Assembly: GCA_943372275.1 (NCBI GenBank)
Contig: CALRYE020000004.1
Coordinates: 1,730-65,729, forward strand
Length of the DNA stretch: 64,000 bases
Source: Janthinobacterium lividum
GTDB lineage: Bacteria; Pseudomonadota; Gammaproteobacteria; Burkholderiales; Burkholderiaceae_D
Direction: 5' to 3'
Both the position numbers and the translations under genes were made by a program. The notes under the pieces are model-generated. The model had not been told where the DNA came from. It did not search any database and saw nothing but the letters and a program-made list of their open reading frames with translations. This document shows positions 41,872 to 51,017 of the stretch, one piece after another. The number at the start of each line of letters is the position of its first letter. Within the stretch, counting starts at the first letter, position 1.

Positions 41872-42107
41872 CGGTATCTGTTCCTCTATCTACGAACGGG
41901 AGTCGATTCGATCAACCACACCCCATCCGCCGTCGCGCCGCAGCGGGGTGCGGTTTGACGATTCGTGTTAATTAAGTCGTGCGCCTGCAGTAGTAGCCAG
42001 CAGGCAAATAATACGCTGGATTCAATAATTGCGGCGCCATGTTCTGGCCGGGTAATTTGTGCCACACTGGCAACCATCTTCACTTATGCTGCCCATCGCT
42101 GCCCATC

Positions 42108-43223
42108 ATGCAAGCTCAAACTCATCGGGTATCCCTGCCCGACACCGCCGTCAGCGTCAATCTGACCAGTTACCACTTCGGCACCCCCGGCACCGGAAAA
42201 AAAGTCTATATCCAGGCCTCGCTGCATGCCGACGAAGTGCCCGGCATGCTGGTGGCGCAGTTCCTGCGCGCCGAGCTGACCGCGCTGGAAGGGCAGATCC
42301 GCGGCGAGATCATTCTGCTGCCTTCGGCCAATCCGCTGGGGCTGGCGCAAGCCATCCACGGCGCGCCGTTCGGCCGCTATGACCTGACCACCGGCATCAA
42401 CTTCAACCGCAACTACAAGCACGTGGCGGACGAGCTCAGGGTTTCGCTGGCTGGCAAGCTGGGCAGCGATGCGCACGCCAACATGGCGCTGGTGCGCGCC
42501 GAGGCGCGCGCCTCGGTGGCCCAGTGGCAACCCAGCACGGACGCCGACGCGCTCAAGAAAATCCTGCTGGGGATGGCCATCGACGCCGACATCGTGCTGG
42601 ACCTGCATTGCGATAACGAGGCCGTGCTGCACATCTACGCGGGCACGCCGCTGGCCGACGCGGTCGCGCCCCTGTCCGCGCTAATGGGTGCGCACGCCGT
42701 GCTGCTGTCGCTCAAATCGGGCGGCGAGCCGTTCGACGAAGCCTGCAGCCGCCTGTGGTGGGATCTGGCCGAGCATTTCGGACCAGCCCTGCCGATTCCC
42801 GCCGACGGCTGCGTGTGCGCCACGGTGGAACTGCGCGGCGAGCGCGACGTCAGCTATGCGCTGGCCGAGCAGGATGCCAAGGCGCTGGTGCAGTTCCTGG
42901 CCCATGCGGGCGTGCTCGACATTCCGCGGGCGGCGTTGCCGGCGCCCGTGTGCCAGCCGACACCGCTGGAAGGGGTCGAGCCGATCTCGGCGCCGCACGG
43001 CGGCATCATCGTGTTCCAGCGCCAGCTGGGCGAGCGGGTCAAGGCGGGCGACGCCATCGCCGACTTGATCGAGCCGGTCAGCGGCAACAAGACCACCCTG
43101 CGCGCCAGCGTGGCCGGGGTGGTGTTCGCGCGCACGGCGCACCGCCATCTGCTGCGTGGCATGGCCGTGTGCAAGATCGCCGGTGCCCAGGCTTATCGGG
43201 CCGGCAACCTGCTGAGCCAATAG
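42108..43223 (+). CDS. Succinylglutamate desuccinylase/aspartoacylase (AstE/AspA) family zinc hydrolase
   Basis: The start is set at MQAQTHRVSLPD. Zinc motif YIQASLHADEVPG, followed by ILLPSANPLG. Confidence 0.75.
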   Translation: MQAQTHRVSLPDTAVSVNLTSYHFGTPGTGKKVYIQASLHADEVPGMLVAQFLRAELTALEGQIRGEIILLPSANPLGLAQAIHGAPFGRYDLTTGINFNRNYKHVADELRVSLAGKLGSDAHANMALVRAEARASVAQWQPSTDADALKKILLGMAIDADIVLDLHCDNEAVLHIYAGTPLADAVAPLSALMGAHAVLLSLKSGGEPFDEACSRLWWDLAEHFGPALPIPADGCVCATVELRGERDVSYALAEQDAKALVQFLAHAGVLDIPRAALPAPVCQPTPLEGVEPISAPHGGIIVFQRQLGERVKAGDAIADLIEPVSGNKTTLRASVAGVVFARTAHRHLLRGMAVCKIAGAQAYRAGNLLSQ

Positions 43224-43258
43224 CCCTTCGCCTTTAGACCAATTCAACGCGCCCCCCC

Positions 43259-44659
43259 ATGAAACTGAAGCTTCCCAATACCTTTGTGCTGCTGTTCGCC
43301 ATCTTGGCAATGATCGCGCTGGCCACCTGGTTTGTACCCGGCGGCAAATACGACACCCACGTGGTCAACGGCAAGACCCTGATCGACCCGGCCAGCTTCC
43401 AGTACATTGCCAGCGCGCCGCAGGGCGTGGTGGCGCTGATGATGTCGCCCATCAAGGGCTTCGTCGAAGCGGCGCAGATCATCGGCTTCGTGCTGATCGT
43501 GGGCGGGGCGTTTTCGGTGCTGCAAAAGACCGAAGCGTTCGACGCGCTGATCAAGCGCATCGCCATGGCGCACACCCATTCGCCGTTCGTGCGCGCCGCG
43601 CTCATTCCCGTGTTCGTGACCATGTTTTCGCTGGGCGGGGCCACTTTCGGCATGAACGAGGAAGCCATTCCGTTTATCCTGATCTTCGTGCCGCTGGCGC
43701 TGGCGCTGGGGTACGACTCGATTGTCGGGGTGTCGATTCCGTTTCTGGGCACGCAGGTGGGCTTTGGCGCGGCGTTCTTGAACCCGTTCAACGTGGGCAT
43801 CGCGCAGGGCATCGCCGGGGTGCCGGTGTTTTCGGGCATGGGCTACCGGCTGATCGTGTGGTTCGCCTGCACCGGGTTCACGATTCTGTTTTTGATGTGG
43901 TACGCCGCGCGCGTAAAGGCCGATCCGACCCGCAGCCCGACCTATCAGCTCGACCTGATCAAGCGCACTGAAGAGGCCGCCAAGTCGACCCATGCCGAGG
44001 CCATGCCCACCTTTGCCGGCATGACGCGCACCCATGCGGCCGTGCTGTGGATCTTTGCCCTGACGTTGCTGACCATGGTGGTGGGCGTGGTCAAGTACGA
44101 CTGGTTCATCAACGAGATCGCCGCGCTGTTTCTGGTCATGGCGATTATTGTCGGGCTGGTGGGGCGGCTGTCGTCGGACGAGTTTATCGCCGCGTTCGTG
44201 CAGGGCGCCAAGGACCTGATTGCCACGGCGCTGGTCATTGCGCTGGCGCGCGGCACCGTGATCCTGGCGCGCGACGGGCATATCATCGACACCATGCTGC
44301 ATGCGTTGACGCCGCTGGTGCAGTCGTCCAGCCCGATCATCGCGGCGCAGAAGATGTATCTGATTCAGTCGGTGATCAACTTCTTTATTCACTCGGGCAG
44401 CGGGCAGGCGGCGCTGACCATGCCGATCATGGCGCCGCTGGCCGATCTGGTGGGCGTGTCGCGCCAGACGGCGGTGCTGGCGTTTCAGCTGGGCGAGTTG
44501 TCGACGCCGATGATACCGACCTCGGGCATCACAGTGGGCGTGCTGGCGCTGGCGCGCATTCCGTGGATCGTCTGGGCCAAGTGGATGATACCGCTGCAGC
44601 TGATTTACCTGGTGCTGGCGCTGCTGCTGCTGATTCCGCCGTCGTTGATGAACTGGTAG
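43259..44659 (+). CDS. YfcC-family (DcuC/ArcD-like) membrane transporter
   Basis: MKLKLPNTFVLLFAILAMIALATWFVPGGKYD, then 466 aa of polytopic membrane protein. Confidence 0.75.
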   Translation: MKLKLPNTFVLLFAILAMIALATWFVPGGKYDTHVVNGKTLIDPASFQYIASAPQGVVALMMSPIKGFVEAAQIIGFVLIVGGAFSVLQKTEAFDALIKRIAMAHTHSPFVRAALIPVFVTMFSLGGATFGMNEEAIPFILIFVPLALALGYDSIVGVSIPFLGTQVGFGAAFLNPFNVGIAQGIAGVPVFSGMGYRLIVWFACTGFTILFLMWYAARVKADPTRSPTYQLDLIKRTEEAAKSTHAEAMPTFAGMTRTHAAVLWIFALTLLTMVVGVVKYDWFINEIAALFLVMAIIVGLVGRLSSDEFIAAFVQGAKDLIATALVIALARGTVILARDGHIIDTMLHALTPLVQSSSPIIAAQKMYLIQSVINFFIHSGSGQAALTMPIMAPLADLVGVSRQTAVLAFQLGELSTPMIPTSGITVGVLALARIPWIVWAKWMIPLQLIYLVLALLLLIPPSLMNW

Positions 44660-44747
44660 GCCAGTACGAAGACTGGCAGTTCAGTACGCAGTAATCAACC
44701 GGGCGACACGGCGTCGGATTCGAGCAGCTGACAAACCACTGCCGCTG

Positions 44748-44982
44748 TCAACGTCATCCTCGCGAAAGAGGGTGTCGCAGAACGCGCCAAAATTTGAATC
44801 CACTAACCTTTTGAGCCGTCATGCCGCACATTGTGCGACCTGACTCCCCGCGAAAGCGGGGACCCATAGAACCTCAGTTCATAGTCAGCATGGGTTCCCG
44901 CTTTCGCGGGAATGACGGGTCTGAAGTTAGTGGTACAAGGTTGCTGTGCCTTTCGCGACACCCTCGAAAGCGAGGATGACGG
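44748..44982. repeat. Nested palindromic cluster of four REP-like hairpins
   Basis: The outer pair is CGTCATCCTCGCGAAAGAGGGTGTCGC / GCGACACCCTCGAAAGCGAGGATGACGG. The inner pair is CCCCGCGAAAGCGGGGACCCATAGAACC / CATGGGTTCCCGCTTTCGCGGGAATGACGG. Confidence 0.8.
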
Positions 44983-45036
44983 TTTCTAGCGTGCCTGACG
45001 AAATACGCGCTCGTGGCGGCTTGAACGTCGCTTGCA

Positions 45037-45471
45037 CTAGCTCACATAGATATTCGGGAAATACCGCTCCATCAGCGTATCGGGCCGCTGCGGCGGGCCG
45101 AAGCCGAACTGTTCGTACAGCCCGTGCGCGTCGCCCGTGGCCAGCGTGAAGCGGCGCAGGCCTTTCAGACTCGGGTGCTCCAGCACCGTTTTCATCATCG
45201 CCTTGCTGAACCCGCGCCCGCGGTACTCGGGGATCACGAACATATCGACCAGATTGCCGAACGTGGCGAAGTCGGTCACCACGCGGGCGAACGCCACCTG
45301 CCGTCCGTCCACGTAGCCGCCGAAGCACAGCGAATTGTCGATCGCCCGCTCCACCACGGCGCGCGAGATGCCGACCGCCCAGGTCGACTGCTCGCTCAGA
45401 AAGCGGTAAATCATCGGAACGTCGAGCTCCGCGCGGTCGGTACTGATCTGTAAAGTGGACATGGTGGACAT
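45037..45471 (-). CDS. GNAT-family N-acetyltransferase
   Basis: VDGRQVAFARVVTDFATFGNLVDMFVIPEYRGRGFSKAMM. The start is chosen at the MSTMSTLQ ATG (45471), which has AGGGGA upstream. Confidence 0.8.
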   Translation of the reverse strand: MSTMSTLQISTDRAELDVPMIYRFLSEQSTWAVGISRAVVERAIDNSLCFGGYVDGRQVAFARVVTDFATFGNLVDMFVIPEYRGRGFSKAMMKTVLEHPSLKGLRRFTLATGDAHGLYEQFGFGPPQRPDTLMERYFPNIYVS

Positions 45472-45685
45472 GGTGGCCGTCGATCCCCTGAAAAAATCCG
45501 ATTCTACCGTCAAACAGACGCCCTGTCGTCAAGCGCGCATTGATTGTGCGGCACTGCGCGCATCCATTGTGCAGCGCCCCGTGCCGCAGCGCCCGGCATG
45601 CGGCGGCAAGCGCCCTCCCCCCAGAGAATTGCCCTTTGGATCAGCCCAGTGTTTTATAATCCAGCTAATCTAAGGAACCCCTCAC

Positions 45686-47083
45686 ATGAACGAACAATTC
45701 TCCAAAAAGGCCGAAGCCTGGTCGGCGCGCTTTTCCGAACCGGTCTCCGACCTCGTCAAACGCTACACCGCATCGGTCTTTTTCGACAAACGCCTGGCCC
45801 TGTTCGACATCCAGGGGTCGCTGGCCCACGCCGAAATGCTGGCCGCCCAGAACATCATCAGCGCCGCCGACCGCGCCGAAATCGAACGCGGCATGACCCA
45901 GATCCGCAGCGAGATCGAAGCCGGCAGCTTCGAGTGGCTGCTGGACCTGGAAGACGTGCACCTGAATATCGAAAAACGCCTGACCGAACTGGTCGGCGAC
46001 GCCGGCAAGCGCCTGCACACGGGCCGCTCGCGCAATGACCAGGTCGCCACCGACATTCGCCTGTACGTGCGCGCCGCCATCGACGACATCACCGCCCTGC
46101 TGCAAGCTCTGCGCGGCGCGCTGGTCGACCTGGCCGAGCGCCACGCCGACACCATCATGCCGGGCTTTACCCACATGCAGGTGGCCCAGCCGATCACCTT
46201 CGGCCACCACATGCTGGCCTACGTGGAAATGTTCGGCCGCGACGTCGAACGCATGGCTGACGCCCGCAAGCGCGTCAACCGCCTGCCGCTGGGCGCCGCC
46301 GCCCTGGCCGGCACCACCTTCCCCATCGACCGCGAGCGCGTGGCGCGCACCTTGGGCTTCGACGACGTCTGCCACAACTCGCTCGACGCGGTGTCCGACC
46401 GTGACTTCGCCATCGAGTTCTGCGCCGCCAGCGCGCTGATCATGACGCACATCTCGCGCATGTCGGAAGAGCTGATCATCTGGATGAGCCCGCGCGTGGG
46501 CTTCATCGACATCGCCGACCGCTTCTGCACCGGCTCGTCGATCATGCCGCAAAAGAAAAACCCCGACGTGCCGGAACTGGCGCGCGGCAAGACCGGCCGC
46601 GTCTACGGCCACCTGACCGGCCTGCTCACCCTGATGAAAGGCCAGCCGCTGGCCTACAACAAGGACAACCAGGAAGATAAAGAGCCGCTGTTCGACACCG
46701 TCGACACCGTGGTCGACACCTTGCGCATCTTCGCCGACATGGCCGGCGGCATCACCGTCAAGCCCGACAACATGCGCGCGGCCGCCCTGCAGGGGTACGC
46801 CACCGCCACCGACCTGGCCGATTACCTGGTCAAGAAAGGTCTGCCGTTCCGCGATGCCCACGAAGCGGTGGCCCACGCCGTGCGCGCCTGCGACGACGCC
46901 AAGTGCGATCTGTCGGAGATGTCGCTCGACACGCTGCGCCAGTTTTCACCCCTGGTGGACGAGGACGTGTTCGCCGTGCTGACCCTGGAAGGGTCGGTGG
47001 CGGCGCGCGACCACGTGGGCGGCACCGCCCCGAATCAGGTCCGGGCGGCGATCGCCCGGGTGCGGGCCCAGCTGGCTGGCTGA
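45686..47083 (+). CDS. argH: Argininosuccinate lyase
   Basis: [34 protein letters not shown], fumarate-lyase signature [12 protein letters not shown]. Confidence 0.95.
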   Translation: MNEQFSKKAEAWSARFSEPVSDLVKRYTASVFFDKRLALFDIQGSLAHAEMLAAQNIISAADRAEIERGMTQIRSEIEAGSFEWLLDLEDVHLNIEKRLTELVGDAGKRLHTGRSRNDQVATDIRLYVRAAIDDITALLQALRGALVDLAERHADTIMPGFTHMQVAQPITFGHHMLAYVEMFGRDVERMADARKRVNRLPLGAAALAGTTFPIDRERVARTLGFDDVCHNSLDAVSDRDFAIEFCAASALIMTHISRMSEELIIWMSPRVGFIDIADRFCTGSSIMPQKKNPDVPELARGKTGRVYGHLTGLLTLMKGQPLAYNKDNQEDKEPLFDTVDTVVDTLRIFADMAGGITVKPDNMRAAALQGYATATDLADYLVKKGLPFRDAHEAVAHAVRACDDAKCDLSEMSLDTLRQFSPLVDEDVFAVLTLEGSVAARDHVGGTAPNQVRAAIARVRAQLAG

Positions 47084-47145
47084 TCGCACCATAACAATCA
47101 AGCGACCAGCCGGCAAACCAATAACAACAGCGAGAGACAACAACG

Positions 47146-47724
47146 ATGTTCATGGCACTTTCCCGGCTGATCGACAGCCTCAACGAAAAAATCGCCAGCG
47201 TGGTCAGCTGGGCATTGCTGCTCGCCGTGCTGATCTGCGCGGGCAACGCGCTGATCCGCTACGCGTTCAATGTCAGCTCCAACGCGTGGCTGGAAATTCA
47301 GTGGTACCTGTACGCAGCCATGTTCATGCTGGCCACCTCGTACACGCTGCGGCGCGACGAGCACGTGCGCATCGACGTGATCGTGGGGCGCTTTTCCAAG
47401 CGCACCCAGGTCTGGCTCGACCTGCTCGGCTTTCTGTTTTTCCTCATGCCGGTCTGCCTGCTGATCCTCTGGTACGGCATCCCGTTTGCGCACCTGTCCA
47501 TCGTCAGCGGCGAAATGTCCAGCAACGCGGGCGGCCTGATCGTCTGGCCGGCCAAGCTGCTGGTGCCGGTCGGCTTCGCCCTGCTGATCCTGCAAGGCAT
47601 TTCGGAAATCATCAAGCGCATCGCTTTTTTGACCGGACGCAGCGACGGCAGCGATTTCGCCAAGCAGGTGACCACGCCCCAGGACGAGATCGAGGCCATC
47701 AAGGCGGCCAACAAGATCGCCTGA
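47146..47724 (+). CDS. TRAP transporter small permease subunit (DctQ-type)
   Basis: 192 aa with four hydrophobic helices, IRYAFNVSSNAWLEIQWYLYAAMFML...DEHVRIDVI. Confidence 0.8.
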   Translation: MFMALSRLIDSLNEKIASVVSWALLLAVLICAGNALIRYAFNVSSNAWLEIQWYLYAAMFMLATSYTLRRDEHVRIDVIVGRFSKRTQVWLDLLGFLFFLMPVCLLILWYGIPFAHLSIVSGEMSSNAGGLIVWPAKLLVPVGFALLILQGISEIIKRIAFLTGRSDGSDFAKQVTTPQDEIEAIKAANKIA

Positions 47725-47795
47725 TCGTCTTGCAACAACACGCACCGACCTGACGCCGACTCGACGCACCATAACAAAAATCCAGACTGGGACAC

Positions 47796-49466
47796 ATGGA
47801 ACAATTCCTCATCGCTAACCTCGCGCCGATCATGTTCGGCGCTTTGGTCATCTTTCTGCTGTCGGGCTTTCCCGTGGCATTTTCGCTGGCGGCCAACGGC
47901 CTGTTCTTCGGCTTCGTCGGCATCGAACTGGGTTTACTGAAGCCCGAACTGCTGCAAGCGCTGCCCAACCGCATTTTCGGCATCATGGCCAGCGACACGC
48001 TGCTGGCGATCCCGTTCTTTACCTTCATGGGCTTGATCCTGGAAAGGTCGGGGATGGCGGAGGACCTGCTCGACACCATCGGCCAGCTATTCGGGCCGAT
48101 CCGCGGCGGCGTGGCATATGCGGTGATTTTCGTCGGCGCCCTGCTGGCGGCGACCACCGGCGTGGTGGCCGCGTCGGTCATCTCGATGGGCCTGATCTCG
48201 CTGCCCGTGATGCTGCGCTACGGCTACGACAAGCGCATCGCTTCCGGCGTCATTGCCGCGTCCGGCACCCTGGCGCAGATCATTCCGCCGTCGCTGGTGC
48301 TGATCGTCATGGCCGACCAGCTGGGCCGTTCCGTGGGCGACATGTACAAGGCCGCCTTTCTCCCGGGCCTGCTGCTGACCGGCATGTACGCCGGCTATAT
48401 TCTGGCCGTATCGATCTTTAAACCCAGCCATGTACCGGCCCTGCCGCTGGAAGCGCGCAACCTGCGCGAACCCAACGGCGACAGTGGCGTGCGCTCGCTG
48501 GTGGCCCTGATCGCCGCCGCGCTGGTGCTGACGTTCAGCTTCTCGGCCCTGTGGGGCGGCAGCCACCCGGAGCTGGCCAAGGACGAGCTGGGCATTTATT
48601 CGGCCTCGTTCGGCATCATCTGCGCCTTCCTGCTGGCACTGGCCAACCGCAAATTCAAGCTGGGCCTGCTCTCGCGCATGGCCGAACGCGTGGTATTCGT
48701 GCTGGTGCCGCCGCTGGCGCTGATCTTCCTGGTGCTGGGCACGATTTTCGTCGGCATCGCCACCCCGACCGAAGGCGGCGGCATGGGCGCGCTGGGCGCC
48801 CTGATTTTGGCCATGCTGAACGGCCGCCTCACCTTTAGCCTGCTCAAGCAGGCGATGAATTCGACCACGCGGCTGGCTTGCTTCGTCATGTTCATCCTGG
48901 TCGGCTCGACCGTGTTCGCGCTGGTGTTCCGCGGCGTGAACGGCGACCTGTGGGTGGAGCACCTGCTGACCAGCCTGCCAGGCGGCGTGATGGGCTTCCT
49001 CATCGTCGTCAACATCATGTTCTTCGTGCTGGCGTTCTTCCTCGACTTCTTCGAGCTGGCCTTCATCCTGGTGCCGCTGGTGGGCCCGGTGGCCAACAAG
49101 CTGGGCATCGACCTGATCTGGTTCGGCGTGCTGCTGGGCGTGAACATGCAGACCTCGTTCATGCACCCGCCGTTCGGCTTCGCCCTGTTCTACTTAAGAT
49201 CGGTGGCGCCCAAGGAGGTCAAGACCTCGGACATCTACTGGGGTGCGATTCCGTTCGTCTGCATCCAGGTCATCATGGTGGCCCTGATCATCGCCTTCCC
49301 GCACCTGGTGTCGGTGGAGAAAAAGGTCGACATGGAAGAGCAGCTGGAACTGAAGATCGACGCGCCCGCCGAGGAGCCGCTGCAGGTTCCCGCCCCCGGC
49401 GAAGAAAAGAAGGACGAGGACAGCACGCCCGAACTGCAATTCTCGACCGATACCGACAAAAAGTAG
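47796..49466 (+). CDS. TRAP transporter large permease subunit (DctM-type) with acidic C-terminal tail
   Basis: FTFMGLILERSGMAEDL, GVIAASGTLAQIIPPS, and a polytopic fold. The last ~50 aa are hydrophilic (EEQLELKIDAPAEEPLQ...). Confidence 0.85.
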   Translation: MEQFLIANLAPIMFGALVIFLLSGFPVAFSLAANGLFFGFVGIELGLLKPELLQALPNRIFGIMASDTLLAIPFFTFMGLILERSGMAEDLLDTIGQLFGPIRGGVAYAVIFVGALLAATTGVVAASVISMGLISLPVMLRYGYDKRIASGVIAASGTLAQIIPPSLVLIVMADQLGRSVGDMYKAAFLPGLLLTGMYAGYILAVSIFKPSHVPALPLEARNLREPNGDSGVRSLVALIAAALVLTFSFSALWGGSHPELAKDELGIYSASFGIICAFLLALANRKFKLGLLSRMAERVVFVLVPPLALIFLVLGTIFVGIATPTEGGGMGALGALILAMLNGRLTFSLLKQAMNSTTRLACFVMFILVGSTVFALVFRGVNGDLWVEHLLTSLPGGVMGFLIVVNIMFFVLAFFLDFFELAFILVPLVGPVANKLGIDLIWFGVLLGVNMQTSFMHPPFGFALFYLRSVAPKEVKTSDIYWGAIPFVCIQVIMVALIIAFPHLVSVEKKVDMEEQLELKIDAPAEEPLQVPAPGEEKKDEDSTPELQFSTDTDKK

Positions 49467-49472
49467 GCCACC

Positions 49473-50996
49473 ATGCCCGCCATCACGCCCCATCAAGCCG
49501 CACGTTTTTTAACGCAAGCCTCGATGGGCGTGAGCCGCGCGCATATCGCCCGGGTCCAGGTGCTGGGCTATGCCGGCTGGCTCGACGAGCAATTCGCCAT
49601 GGCGCCGAGCACGTCGCGCTGGGATGCGCTGGTGGCGGGCGGCTATAACGCACCCGAGCGCAAGAACAGCGAAGCGGGCGCGGACGCGGCCATCTGGCGC
49701 AAGCTGCTCTCGTCGCCCGACACGCTGCGCCAGCGCGTCACGCTGGCGCTGTCCGAAATTCTGGTCAGCGCGATCCACGGCTACGTGGGCGGGGGCTGGC
49801 GGCAGTTTTCCGCCGCGACCTATCTGGACCTGCTGGAAGCCCATGCCTTCGGCAACTACCGCACCCTGCTGGAGGTAGTGTCGCTGTGTGCCCCCATGGG
49901 CGAATTTCTTACCTACCGCAACAACGCCCGGTTCAATCCGAAAACCGGCGCGCTGCCAGACGAAAACTACGCGCGCGAGCTGATGCAGCTGTTCACCATC
50001 GGCCTGGTGCAGCTCAATCTGGACGGCACGCCCAGGCTGGACGACGGCGAAGTGCAGGAAACCTACGGACTGGACGACATCAGCGGGCTGGCGCGCGTGT
50101 TCACCGGCTGGAATTACGACATGGCCGGCGCCGACGCCAGCACGCCGGACTTCAAGCGCCGCCCCATGGTGCTGAACGCGGCGCGCCATGAGCGCGGCGC
50201 CAAGACCTTCCTCGGCACCACCATCGCGGCCGGCACCAGCGGCTCGGCCAGCCTGTCGCTGGCGCTCGACACCCTGTTCGCCCATCCCAACGTGGCGCCG
50301 TTCATCACGCGCCAGCTGATCCAGCGGCTGGTCTGCGGCGACCCCGCTCCGGCCTACGTGGCGCGCGTGGCCACTGTGTTCAATGACGATGGCACCGGGC
50401 TGAAAGGCAATCTGCGCGCCGTGCTGCGGGCGATTTTGCTCGACGACGACGCGCGTGGCGCAGCGGCGCTGAGCGACCCGCGCAGCGGCAAGTTGCGCGA
50501 ACCGGTGCTGCGGCTGGCCGCGTGGGCGCGCGCCTTCGGCGCCCACTCGCCCAGCAATGCCTGGGCCATCGGCAACACCTCCGACGCCGGCAGCAAGCTG
50601 GGCCAGAGCCCCTTGCGCTCGCCCTCGGTGTTCAATTTTTTCCGGCCCGGTTACGTGCCGCCCGGTGCAGTCGGCATGGCCGCCCCAGAATTCCAGATCA
50701 CCAACGAGTCGACCGTGGTCGGCTACGTGAACTACATGCAGAACGTGGTCAGCCGCGGCGTGGGCGACGTGCGCGCCGACTACAGCGCGGTGCTGCCGCT
50801 GGCCGATACGGCCGGCGTCCTGGTCGACGAGCTGAATCTGCTGCTGGCGGCGGGGCAATTATCCGACGCCACCGTGGCACTGATCACGGACGCCATCGCC
50901 AGCATGCCGCTCGGGCGCGACGGCGCGCGCCGCAACCGCCTGTACGCGGCCCTGGTGCTGGTGCTGGCCGCGCCTGAATTTTTGATCCAAAAGTAG
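49473..50996 (+). CDS. DUF1800-family protein
   Basis: RFLTQASMGVS..., DENYARELMQLFTIGL, and HERGAKTFLG are patterns typical of DUF1800. It starts 6 nt after the dctM stop. Confidence 0.7.
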   Translation: MPAITPHQAARFLTQASMGVSRAHIARVQVLGYAGWLDEQFAMAPSTSRWDALVAGGYNAPERKNSEAGADAAIWRKLLSSPDTLRQRVTLALSEILVSAIHGYVGGGWRQFSAATYLDLLEAHAFGNYRTLLEVVSLCAPMGEFLTYRNNARFNPKTGALPDENYARELMQLFTIGLVQLNLDGTPRLDDGEVQETYGLDDISGLARVFTGWNYDMAGADASTPDFKRRPMVLNAARHERGAKTFLGTTIAAGTSGSASLSLALDTLFAHPNVAPFITRQLIQRLVCGDPAPAYVARVATVFNDDGTGLKGNLRAVLRAILLDDDARGAAALSDPRSGKLREPVLRLAAWARAFGAHSPSNAWAIGNTSDAGSKLGQSPLRSPSVFNFFRPGYVPPGAVGMAAPEFQITNESTVVGYVNYMQNVVSRGVGDVRADYSAVLPLADTAGVLVDELNLLLAAGQLSDATVALITDAIASMPLGRDGARRNRLYAALVLVLAAPEFLIQK

Positions 50997-51017
50997 CAGA
51001 AAGAGCAAAGGCCAGCC

